This document shows positions 18,091-25,673 of a DNA stretch of 64,000 nucleotides, piece after piece (positions within the stretch are counted from its first letter, which is position 1; the number at the start of each line of letters is the position of its first letter). Source of the stretch: a virus (taxonomy: Duplodnaviria; Caudoviricetes). A program made the translations under genes and the position numbers. Below the pieces are notes generated by a model that was given only the letters and a program-made list of their open reading frames with translations, searched no databases and was not told where the DNA came from. The stretch is from positions 1-64,000 of IMG/VR virus record IMGVR_UViG_3300028907_000003; one strand, given 5' to 3'.

Positions 18091-18933
18091 ATGACTAATC
18101 CAGTAGAAGCGGAATATTCAGAATTCAAGAAATACTTTTACGCTTCTGTAATATTAGCTATATTAGCACTAATAGGTGCTCTTATAGCAATTGGGTCCAC
18201 TGGGCAATCTTCTCAAATCACCACTTTCCAAAATGAAATAACATCAGCTGATGGGTCATTTGAACAAAGAACTCAAATTAGTGGAGCTAAATCAATTGTG
18301 TCTGGCTCCGGTGCATATTCATATACCCTTACTGCTAAAATGACAGATGGAACGGTATTGAACTTCGATGAATCTATTGAAATGATTGTCGTTACTGAAG
18401 TTCGCGGCAGACCAGTTTCAAATCGTTATGAAGTTGGTATATATAACGATGCAACAGGCTACAAACACAAACTGGTAGCTAGAAAAGTAGATGGTCCGTT
18501 CACGGGAAAGGCTGATTTCATATCAACTGAAACATCAATCGACAGCTTGATATTCATGGAAGGCGACGCTACATATAAAGGTGTGGTAGTTAATCAATCA
18601 ACGGGAAAGCATCCACAATCAGAATCAGAAACCTATGCTATTGGATACAACACCATCCGACAATACTTGAACTCAACCACAACTGACAAAATTAAAAATC
18701 AACAGGGTTGGTTGAACTTTTGTAATGAATGGAATGGATTAACCCCAGTAGCAAGAGAAGGTATGTGGATCTTACCAGATGGTTACTACTACGATGGAAT
18801 GAGTCTAAAACCAATACCAGAAGGATATTTCTTGAGTGACAGTGGTAGAATATTACCATTAGAAGAAATACCTGACCCATTACCACCAGAAGAAGAAGAA
18901 ACTCCAGAATCTGAGAACTCACCGGATGAGTAA
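18091..18933 (+). CDS. membrane-anchored exported protein with acidic Pro-rich tail
   Basis: TM FYASVILAILALIGALIAIG; C-terminus PDPLPPEEEETPESENSPDE. Confidence 0.6.
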   Translation: MTNPVEAEYSEFKKYFYASVILAILALIGALIAIGSTGQSSQITTFQNEITSADGSFEQRTQISGAKSIVSGSGAYSYTLTAKMTDGTVLNFDESIEMIVVTEVRGRPVSNRYEVGIYNDATGYKHKLVARKVDGPFTGKADFISTETSIDSLIFMEGDATYKGVVVNQSTGKHPQSESETYAIGYNTIRQYLNSTTTDKIKNQQGWLNFCNEWNGLTPVAREGMWILPDGYYYDGMSLKPIPEGYFLSDSGRILPLEEIPDPLPPEEEETPESENSPDE

Positions 18934-18934
18934 A

Positions 18935-18976
18935 TGCCCCTGTGAGGCTACCAAAGCCCCATAGCGGCACTTTTTT
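18935..18976 (+). terminator. stem-loop plus T-run
   Basis: TGCC..TGTG.GGCT/AGCC.CATA..GGCA followed by TTTTTT. Confidence 0.5.
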
Positions 18977-19053
18977 CTATTCAGAATATGATTTCATCTC
19001 CGACATAATATTTGCCATTTTTATAAGATTTTAATATATTATATAGTTTATAA

Positions 19054-19509
19054 TTATACCTGTAATTCATGTTTCCTATCGTGTATTACAACATCACCTA
19101 TACAATAATCTTCATAATCATGCAAACAAAAACTAAAAGTATTAACACAATGTTCCCATACCGAACAAGGAAACATATAAAATGTACCTTTTACATTTGT
19201 TGCAATATAATCAACCGAACCCCTGTATAAAACCCCACTTGATGATTTTACTTTAACCGCCCAACAATCGGACCCTGATTTTGAATTTACCCATGCATTT
19301 TTTATTTGTATTCGTTTCCATGAAATTCCATTATCGAATGATATAATACGATCATATTCCAATGATGTATTGCATGGTATTCCAACTAACCAGTTATTAG
19401 CTTGTGCTAAAACATCAAACATGCGCTCGGTTTGATTCCCAATAGTAGAACTTTTACTAAACATATACCATACTATATACACTAATAGTATATAAGTATT
19501 TCTAATCAA
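19054..19509 (-). CDS. free-standing PD-(D/E)XK endonuclease (group I intron-type family)
   Basis: E...D.LA....W.V.IP.....EYDRII...WKRIQIKNA motif. Confidence 0.6.
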   Translation of the reverse strand: MIRNTYILLVYIVWYMFSKSSTIGNQTERMFDVLAQANNWLVGIPCNTSLEYDRIISFDNGISWKRIQIKNAWVNSKSGSDCWAVKVKSSSGVLYRGSVDYIATNVKGTFYMFPCSVWEHCVNTFSFCLHDYEDYCIGDVVIHDRKHELQV

Positions 19510-19550
19510 TACACCAAAAAGCTTATATACTAAGCATGTCTATATGGTAG

Positions 19551-19577
19551 ATGTGGTAAAATAATGATTTACCACAT
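19551..19577. promoter_or_regulatory. perfect 10-bp inverted repeat downstream of the TATA (AAAGCTTATATA) of the tRNA operon
   Basis: ATGTGGTAAA-ATAATGA-TTTACCACAT. Confidence 0.55.
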
Positions 19578-19623
19578 GTATAGCGTCATATATCATATCC
19601 CGATAACAGTCGGGATACCTCCT

Positions 19624-19706
19624 GCCACTTTAGCAGAGTAGACAAATGCAATGGACTTAAGATCCATTCCCGTAGGGGTTCGTCGGTGCAAATCCGGCAA
19701 GTGGCA
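19624..19706 (+). tRNA. trnL: tRNA-Leu(TAA)
   Basis: GCCACTT/AAGTGGC acceptor, ATGGA-CTTAAGA-TCCAT, variable arm CCC-GTAG-GGG, GTCGG-TGCAAAT-CCGGC. Confidence 0.85.
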
Positions 19707-19707
19707 T

Positions 19708-19914
19708 ATGGCACAAGATCTAATAGCCCAAACCATAGAAGCAATGGGTATAAAAGAACTAGATACCATAAAAGTAGAAACCGATGAAATAGATACCGTG
19801 TACAAGGGAGTATTTCGTGGTTTCGTGAAAGACTCCATATTACTTGGAGCGTTAAAAATTCCATGTAAAAAAGTTACAAGTATTGAAGGAAATGGATGTA
19901 CAGCCATTATATAA
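19708..19914 (+). CDS. 68-aa small beta-barrel protein (Sm/LSm-like candidate) inside the tRNA array
   Basis: MAQDL... helix then IKVET/VYKGVFRGF/SILL/KIPCKKVTSI strands; the ORF-track start at 19651 overlaps tRNA-Leu. Confidence 0.5.
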   Translation: MAQDLIAQTIEAMGIKELDTIKVETDEIDTVYKGVFRGFVKDSILLGALKIPCKKVTSIEGNGCTAII

Positions 19915-20313
19915 AGCTCTATAGTGTAGTGGTCAATCACGAGGTTCCATGTATAAATACAAACAGCGAATAAATCCAAGAACCGGTAAAATTGATATGA
20001 TATACCGAATAATTGCCGAACAATATTTAAATAGACCACTACTAGAATCTGAAGTAGTTCATCATAAAGATGGTAATCCAAATAATAATAACATAGAAAA
20101 TTTGGAAATTATGACTCGTAGTGAACATGCCAAATTGCATCATATACCAAAAAAACTAATATCGCTTACATGCCCAATATGCAAAATAGAATTCACTATA
20201 GCATATTCACAATATAAAAAACGATCAAAACACTCAACATGTCCAGTATATTGCTCTCGATCATGTTCAGGTAAAACTAGAAATCCTCCGCATATTCGAT
20301 CTAATTAGAGCTA
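19915..20313 (+). pseudogene. tRNA-Gln-type gene interrupted in the anticodon arm by an HNH ORF
   Basis: 5' half AGCTCTA-TA-GTGTAGTGGTCAATCAC-GAGG; 3' remnant CCTC...TTCGAT...TAGAGCT-A; perfect 7-bp A1:U72 acceptor stem. Confidence 0.7.
19949..20308 (+). CDS. HNH homing endonuclease with C-terminal Zn finger
   Basis: VVHHKDGNPNNNNIENLEIM...EHAKLHH; CPIC...YCSRSC. Confidence 0.85.
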   Translation: MYKYKQRINPRTGKIDMIYRIIAEQYLNRPLLESEVVHHKDGNPNNNNIENLEIMTRSEHAKLHHIPKKLISLTCPICKIEFTIAYSQYKKRSKHSTCPVYCSRSCSGKTRNPPHIRSN

Positions 20314-20316
20314 TTT

Positions 20317-20382
20317 GGTTCCGTGGTGTAGTTTATCATCGTGTTGGCCACACAGCCTTCGGTTCAAATCCGAACGGAACCA
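20317..20382 (+). pseudogene. degenerate 66-nt tRNA (loop would read GGC)
   Basis: GGTTCCG/CGGAACC acceptor and TTCGG-TTCAAAT-CCGAA T-arm intact; D-loop lacks GG; anticodon stem only 3 bp. Confidence 0.6.
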
Positions 20383-20387
20383 TTTAA

Positions 20388-20461
20388 GACCATATAATGT
20401 AATTCGGATACCACGCGGGAATGCGAATCCCGTAACCTGCGTTCAAATCGCAGTATGGTCA
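20388..20461 (+). tRNA. trnR: tRNA-Arg(GCG)
   Basis: GACCATA/TATGGTC; CGGGA-ATGCGAA-TCCCG; CTGCG-TTCAAAT-CGCAG. Confidence 0.8.
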
Positions 20462-20464
20462 TGT

Positions 20465-20538
20465 GTTGGTGGTAGCTGAGTTGGTAAAGCTCCAGACTGT
20501 GGATCTGGTGATCGTGAGTTCAAACCTCACCCATCAAC
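20465..20538 (+). tRNA. trnH: tRNA-His(GTG) with encoded G-1
   Basis: CCAGA-CTGTGGA-TCTGG; G-1 opposite C73. Confidence 0.9.
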
Positions 20539-20542
20539 CTTC

Positions 20543-20617
20543 GGGGATGTGATGTAGCCTGGTCTATCATTCGTGGTTTGGAGCCACGATACCTCAGTTC
20601 AAATCTGAGCATCCCCA
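20543..20617 (+). tRNA. trnP: tRNA-Pro(TGG)
   Basis: GGGGATG/CATCCCC; CGTGG-TTTGGAG-CCACG. Confidence 0.9.
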
Positions 20618-20619
20618 TC

Positions 20620-20692
20620 GGGCGGGTAGATCAATTGGAAGATCGTCTGCTTTGCATGCAGAAGGCTTTGGGTTCGACCCCCAACTCGTCCA
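20620..20692 (+). tRNA. trnA: tRNA-Ala(TGC)
   Basis: GGGCGGG/CTCGTCC; TCTGC-TTTGCAT-GCAGA. Confidence 0.9.
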
Positions 20693-20693
20693 C

Positions 20694-20810
20694 TTCGACT
20701 GACAAGAAGTATGCCAAGAAGCCTTCTTGATTTCGATGAATAGATGGGCATAAACCCAGATCTATTTGGCAGGCGAGATGCTGAAGTCCAGTGAGAAATC
20801 ATAGGTCGAA
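20694..20810 (+). ncRNA. unknown structured RNA between tRNA-Ala and tRNA-Cys
   Basis: Closing stem TTCGACT/GGTCGAA, internal TGCCAA/TTGGCA, ATAGAT-GGG..CCC-ATCTAT, GTGA-GAAA-TCAT. Confidence 0.5.
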
Positions 20811-20816
20811 ACATGT

Positions 20817-20890
20817 GCCGATATAGCCTAGCCCGGAAAGGCAGCTGATTGCAGATCAGCGATTCACAGGTTCAAATCCTGTTATCGGCT
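20817..20890 (+). tRNA. trnC: tRNA-Cys(GCA)
   Basis: GCCGATA/TATCGGC; GCTGA-TTGCAGA-TCAGC; U73. Confidence 0.9.
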
Positions 20891-20892
20891 TC

Positions 20893-21001
20893 GCCTCTGA
20901 AGCAATATTGGAATTGCGCCTGACTTGTATGCAGTGATGGGTTCATCCCCAAAGCTGTCGAGGCCATCAGGAGGGAATGAGTTCGAATCTCATCAGAGGC
21001 T
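20893..21001 (+). tRNA. trnT: tRNA-Thr(TGT) with a 36-nt intron at 37/38 (20930-20965)
   Basis: GCCTCTG/CAGAGGC; CCTGA-CTTGTA|intron|A-TCAGG; CTTG/CGAG central helix of a BHB/BHL motif. Confidence 0.85.
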
Positions 21002-21004
21002 TTA

Positions 21005-21092
21005 GCTGGTTTGGCTCAGAGGTACAGCGACGCACTGCTAATGCGTTTTGTGGCGAAAGCTGCGATCATCGGTTCGATTCCGATAACCAGCG
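21005..21092 (+). tRNA. trnS: tRNA-Ser(GCT)
   Basis: GCTGGTT/AACCAGC; ACGCA-CTGCTAA-TGCGT; long variable arm; G73. Confidence 0.92.
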
Positions 21093-21094
21093 TC

Positions 21095-21259
21095 ATGTCC
21101 GAAATAACTGAAGTTGGAAATCTACTACTAAACATGATGAGTGGATTGTTACCAGAACATCTTAGCAAAGAAGAAGTTACACTACTTGAGATGGAATTTG
21201 GAAAAAACTGGTTTGAAGCATTGGGTTATGATGATGAACACTACAAACGCCCTGCATAA
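21095..21259 (+). CDS. 54-aa hypothetical protein
   Basis: ATG 2 nt after tRNA-Ser; C-terminal part of track ORF 21011..21259. Confidence 0.5.
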   Translation: MSEITEVGNLLLNMMSGLLPEHLSKEEVTLLEMEFGKNWFEALGYDDEHYKRPA

Positions 21260-21353
21260 AAATTTTTTATCATCTATATTTGAGGAAGAAAACTTCTCGT
21301 TGTTGGAAAAAAATATGGTAAACCCTTAATGTATTTTTATGGGTAATTCCACA

Positions 21354-21512
21354 TCAACAACAAGAACAAGCTTCTCCAGCGCATTCACACTTTGCTTTTT
21401 TAGTGCGCTTTCTCTTCTTTGGCTTATTGTCCTGCTGTTCTTTCATCGCTTCATACTTAGGATCATCGTCCCTAAAATACTTCATACATCCATTTACTAC
21501 TAACCATGGCAT
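21354..21512 (-). CDS. 52-aa basic protein with Cys-rich tail
   Basis: MPWLVVNGCMKYFRDDDPKYEAMKEQQDNKPKKRKRTKKAKCECAGEACSCC*. Confidence 0.45.
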   Translation of the reverse strand: MPWLVVNGCMKYFRDDDPKYEAMKEQQDNKPKKRKRTKKAKCECAGEACSCC

Positions 21513-21893
21513 TTATTTCGCCTCCGGAAAAGCTGCGTCTATTGAAATGTTCCATTCTCCACCAAAATCACTTGTATAAACCCTACCATTAACACGAGCA
21601 TCCGATATCTGTAATGTGGTATGTGGTGTTAACAGGGTTAACGAAAATTTATTATCTAATGGTATTTTATGTACATTTATTGATTCTTCATCATCAAACG
21701 TCAAGTCCACGTAAATAGTCTTATCTTTATGACATTCGTTCACGAATATACGCTTTGCTTTAATCGACGTTATCATAGATGTCGTGCATGAATCTCCAAC
21801 GACTTCTTTATTGATAAACACAGCTTTCGATTCTAATTGGATAGGTTCCAATTTTGGTTGTTTCCATACATTGAAATAATTTAATAGTCCCAT
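21513..21893 (-). CDS. hypothetical protein
   Basis: 126-aa ORF with upstream TATA. Confidence 0.5.
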   Translation of the reverse strand: MGLLNYFNVWKQPKLEPIQLESKAVFINKEVVGDSCTTSMITSIKAKRIFVNECHKDKTIYVDLTFDDEESINVHKIPLDNKFSLTLLTPHTTLQISDARVNGRVYTSDFGGEWNISIDAAFPEAK

Positions 21894-21973
21894 ATGTATT
21901 ACTATACATGTTCATAGTATATAAAGGTTACGTGTTAATGTATAATTATATGAAAAAATAAGTTAAAAGAGTT

Positions 21974-22330
21974 CTAAATGAATTCTAACCGAGTTGAAGT
22001 TTCCATTAATTGGGCAAATTCCTCCGGGGTGAAGAATAACTGATCTTGGTACTGTGTGGTGCGATCATATCCAACAGTACTACCTAGCTTCAATACTTCC
22101 CTGCTCTGATTAAGGGGCTTTCCGTCGTTTTCATTGTCCTTGGTAAACGCAGCCAAAGATGCTGTTAACGGCGTTGCTGTTAAATCTTCATTCAAGTCAC
22201 CTACAGAAACATTGGAATCTCCACCAAGCTTCACTACGGTATCTATACCATCCACGCTCGTAGCCGCTGCAGCAGACATGGTTAACGTCAGTGCAATCAG
22301 CAATAACATACTTGTTCTCATAACCAACAC
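21974..22330 (-). CDS. exported protein with signal peptide
   Basis: MRTSMLLLIALTLTMSAAAA signal-like N-terminus. Confidence 0.55.
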   Translation of the reverse strand: MLVMRTSMLLLIALTLTMSAAAATSVDGIDTVVKLGGDSNVSVGDLNEDLTATPLTASLAAFTKDNENDGKPLNQSREVLKLGSTVGYDRTTQYQDQLFFTPEEFAQLMETSTRLEFI

Positions 22331-22347
22331 TATGAACTACATGTTAT

Positions 22348-22896
22348 TTAAAGATTTCGCTCTATTATCGTATAAGGTGGAGCGCACCACGCATTGAACT
22401 TACAAGCCACATCAAGCGCCATGGTTACTCGTGTTTTTGGATCGAGTGATAATCCAGATGTCGCATGTAATGAGCCTAATGCGTAATCTGTGCCTGAACC
22501 ATCTACAACATAATCGGCGTGAGCACAAACGGAATAATCAGCGCCCATTGAGTATAGATTATTTTTGTAAACTATAATCATATATGAATCGGGTATCCTG
22601 GACACTTCATCTATAACTTCCGCCATTTTGATGTTTTCTAGGCATGTTCTTAACGAATTTGCAAATTCTGTACTGAGAAAATCGAGATCTGACTTATCTT
22701 CTGGTTTTGCTGGAACGCTGAACTGAGATCTAATTATATCAGCAAATCGCAAATATCCACATATTCCGATTATAGTATCTCCTTTCTCGACAAGTTTATT
22801 TGCCTCGGTGTTTATTATATGACCACCGGATGTTACTCGCGTGTCTGCACCAACGACTAATTTTCCGTCCTGTTTTAATCCAATTATACATGTCAT
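22348..22896 (-). CDS. proteasome beta/HslV-like Ntn threonine protease
   Basis: After Met removal T1, D17 (GADTR) and K33 fall exactly in register; DGSG motif. Confidence 0.82.
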   Translation of the reverse strand: MTCIIGLKQDGKLVVGADTRVTSGGHIINTEANKLVEKGDTIIGICGYLRFADIIRSQFSVPAKPEDKSDLDFLSTEFANSLRTCLENIKMAEVIDEVSRIPDSYMIIVYKNNLYSMGADYSVCAHADYVVDGSGTDYALGSLHATSGLSLDPKTRVTMALDVACKFNAWCAPPYTIIERNL

Positions 22897-22976
22897 ATGC
22901 TATATATAAGCTACCATAATATTAAAAGGTTTCGGATGGAAAGGTTTAAATACGAATAACATGTATATGGAGATGT

Positions 22977-23222
22977 ATGGTATTACCAAATGAATTCAAC
23001 ATAGGACCGCTTATCATACGGGCTAATGTAATTGATGATAATATAGTTACTGCTATATTTGTTGGTACTAAATATGAAGATATGCACGAAATCACTGGAT
23101 TTCGGGATCCTTCTCGTGCCGCTGCATTTGTACAAGAATTACAAGCGTGGTCTGAAGTTCCTGATATATGTGCTCCCGAAAATCGCGAATTAGAAATAAC
23201 AGTAAAGGTGAAAAGGTTATGA
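22977..23222 (+). CDS. hypothetical protein
   Basis: 81-aa ORF after BRE-TATA (GGAAAGGTTTAAATA). Confidence 0.5.
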   Translation: MVLPNEFNIGPLIIRANVIDDNIVTAIFVGTKYEDMHEITGFRDPSRAAAFVQELQAWSEVPDICAPENRELEITVKVKRL

Positions 23223-23776
23223 GAAGAATCTTCCTTGATGACTTTAATGATGGTCGTGAGACTGGTATTGAATTGGTTCAGTTGTATGGTGAATATCCTG
23301 GACAAGAAATAGTTACATATGGGATTCATTATAACACTGGTGATACACCAACTGATTATCCATACTGCGTCGTACCAAATGTTGGGATCAACTACTCGTT
23401 TAAAAAGAGTATGTTTATTCGTGTATATAATTGGGATCTTTTCCGTCAGCTAACTGGCGCAAAATCTATATCGGAATTAGGAATCTATCAATATGAATAT
23501 GATCCATATGGACTATTATATTTTGGTAGAAATACATATCCTAGAAGCCAATATGTGCAAGCCAGTGGTACAATAGCTGTATCAGGCGATTGGTGCGGAG
23601 ATGGAATGATATTAGCCAATGCATTTACCAAAATGAATCCATATGTAATCGCAAATGGGAAATTCTCAAAAGAATTTGAATCCGATTTATTCATATCACA
23701 GATAAAGATCTCATCTGACACTCAACAAGGACTGTATAGTTTTCCGCTTCTTCGTGTTACGGCGGTGATTGAGTAA
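23219..23776 (+). CDS. hypothetical protein
   Basis: ATGA-coupled ORF upstream of rtcB. Confidence 0.5.
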   Translation: MRRIFLDDFNDGRETGIELVQLYGEYPGQEIVTYGIHYNTGDTPTDYPYCVVPNVGINYSFKKSMFIRVYNWDLFRQLTGAKSISELGIYQYEYDPYGLLYFGRNTYPRSQYVQASGTIAVSGDWCGDGMILANAFTKMNPYVIANGKFSKEFESDLFISQIKISSDTQQGLYSFPLLRVTAVIE

Positions 23777-24930
23777 TGGAAATATTAGAAACCCATAGAT
23801 TGCCCATCTATAATTGGGCAACTGACTTGGAACAGGGAGCTAAACAGCAAGCTATTAATTTAGCTTTGCACCCATACACGTATGATCATGTGGCTATTAT
23901 GCCTGACAGTCATCAGGGTTATGGAATGCCAATTGGTGGGGTTATTGCTACTAAGTCGGTGATCATTCCTGAAGCAGTGGGGGTAGACATCGGATGTGGT
24001 ATGCAAGCTGTTAAAACTAGCCTCAGTGATATGAACATGACCGCTCTACAGCATGTAGTTGATGATATCAAATCTCGAATACCTGTTGGTTTCTCACATA
24101 GATCTGAATCATTATGGGCTTATATGCCACCAGGACACGAAAAATTAACAGTTGTTAACAGGGAATTTGACTCGGCGTGTCATCAATTAGGAACATTGGG
24201 TGGCGGGAACCACTTCATCGAAATTCAGCAAGGTGATGATGGTTATATCTGGATGATGGTTCATAGTGGAAGCCGCAATCTAGGCAAGAAGGTAGCCGAT
24301 CACTATATAAAAATGGCTACTCAGCAGACAGCAGATTCCGATGTCAACATTCCTAGAAAGTGGGAATTAGACTACTTATACGTAAATTCACCAGATGGCC
24401 AAGATTACATACGAGAAATGAACTACTGCCTAGAGTTTGCTAAAGCAAATCGCTCATATATGATGAAAGAAATGTGTGAATCCATGAGCGCTGTCATACC
24501 CACTGTTAGTTATGAGCCTGTAATTGATATACACCACAATTACGCCGAACCGATTAAACTGGATGGTCTTAATCTGGTGTTGCATAGGAAAGGCGCTACA
24601 GCTGCTAATCGTGGTCAGATGGGTATTATTCCTGGCAGTCAGGGGACCGCCAGCTACATTGTAGAGGGCCGTGGTAATGGTAAGTCGTTTTGCAGCTGCT
24701 CACATGGATCCGGGAGGCGCATGGCTAGAGGAGTCGCCAAGCGAAACTTAAACCTGGATGATGAGCGGTATATACTCGATAGGCAAATGATCATTCATGA
24801 TATGACCAGTACTGAAGCCCTAGATGAAGCTCCAGGCGCTTACAAGAATATCGAATTGGTTATGGAGAATCAAAAGGATCTAGTAAAGCCACTAGTTAGA
24901 TTGACTACAAGAGCGGTGATAAAAGGATGA
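23776..24930 (+). CDS. rtcB: RtcB 3'-phosphate RNA ligase (short bacterial-type)
   Basis: MPDSHQGYGMPIG, VDIGCG, GGGNHFIE, HSGSR, HRKGAT, SHGSGR, EAPGAYK. Confidence 0.95.
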   Translation: MEILETHRLPIYNWATDLEQGAKQQAINLALHPYTYDHVAIMPDSHQGYGMPIGGVIATKSVIIPEAVGVDIGCGMQAVKTSLSDMNMTALQHVVDDIKSRIPVGFSHRSESLWAYMPPGHEKLTVVNREFDSACHQLGTLGGGNHFIEIQQGDDGYIWMMVHSGSRNLGKKVADHYIKMATQQTADSDVNIPRKWELDYLYVNSPDGQDYIREMNYCLEFAKANRSYMMKEMCESMSAVIPTVSYEPVIDIHHNYAEPIKLDGLNLVLHRKGATAANRGQMGIIPGSQGTASYIVEGRGNGKSFCSCSHGSGRRMARGVAKRNLNLDDERYILDRQMIIHDMTSTEALDEAPGAYKNIELVMENQKDLVKPLVRLTTRAVIKG

Positions 24931-25090
24931 GCACTAAACATTTTTGTGATATCTGCAGCAAAGAGCTTTCATTGGTAACATGTGCCTACTGAGGGTAACA
25001 ATACCAGTTGGATACCCGGAGCCAATGGATAAGTGTATCGATTTGTGTACAAAATGCTATATGGATATATTTGAAAGGATCCAGAGATGA
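24927..25090 (+). pseudogene. small Zn-finger gene with a frameshift at 24981-24984
   Basis: MSTKHFCDICSKELSLVT then CLLRVTIPVG...DLCTKC...* in another frame; removing one TG restores it. Confidence 0.55.
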
Positions 25091-25349
25091 CCGAAAACCA
25101 ATTCCGCCGAATAACAATGATATTAGTCCTATTATAAAAGGATCAAAATACTTAGAATCATCATCTCCCGGCTCCAAAATACCATATACCCGAAGCTTCA
25201 ATGACATAGTTAAATCTCCTCGGCATCCTTTCTGGGTCCAACCGGACGTAACCTTATAGCGAGTGATGTGAAATACTCTATAAAAATTGGGTATTGAATC
25301 ACCTTACCACCTGGAAATGTTATATCTATAAAGTTAAGATCGTTGTAAC

Positions 25350-25616
25350 TCATACCTTAACCTTCGTCCAGAAATTGCCCTTCTCACCACACTTGGGCGT
25401 TTTGGATGGTCCGAATAACCACTCGCGCCAAGTCTGTACAAGACAACGCTCAACCCTACAATCGAGAAGAGGCCCGTCGAATATTAAAAACCCCTTGAAT
25501 ATAGGGTTGCATGTCTTCGTTTGCAACCTTGTGCATTTCATCGTCAGTCTATTCTTGCGATCCACTTTAGCGGAATAATTCCCGCAAGTATCACATGTCT
25601 TATTATCGCATGACAT
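25350..25616 (-). CDS. Cys-rich hypothetical protein
   Basis: CDTCGN...C...C...CG. Confidence 0.45.
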   Translation of the reverse strand: MSCDNKTCDTCGNYSAKVDRKNRLTMKCTRLQTKTCNPIFKGFLIFDGPLLDCRVERCLVQTWREWLFGPSKTPKCGEKGNFWTKVKV

Positions 25617-25673
25617 AGTACACTATTGGTTATACAGATATTTAAACTTTTTGACTAACTAAAAAAGAAGTGA

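Noticed and set aside
19651-19707. ORF-track N-terminal extension MDLRSIPVG...
   Set aside because: Overlaps tRNA-Leu(TAA); the real start is ATG 19708
20694-20810. Hammerhead, HDV/theta ribozyme or C/D box assignment of the spacer RNA
   Set aside because: No CUGAnGA...GAAA core in the right order, no G at +1 after the tRNA, and no terminal C and D boxes; left unassigned
20599-21094. ORFs 20599..20814 (-) and the 5' part of 21011..21259
   Set aside because: Shadows over tRNA genes
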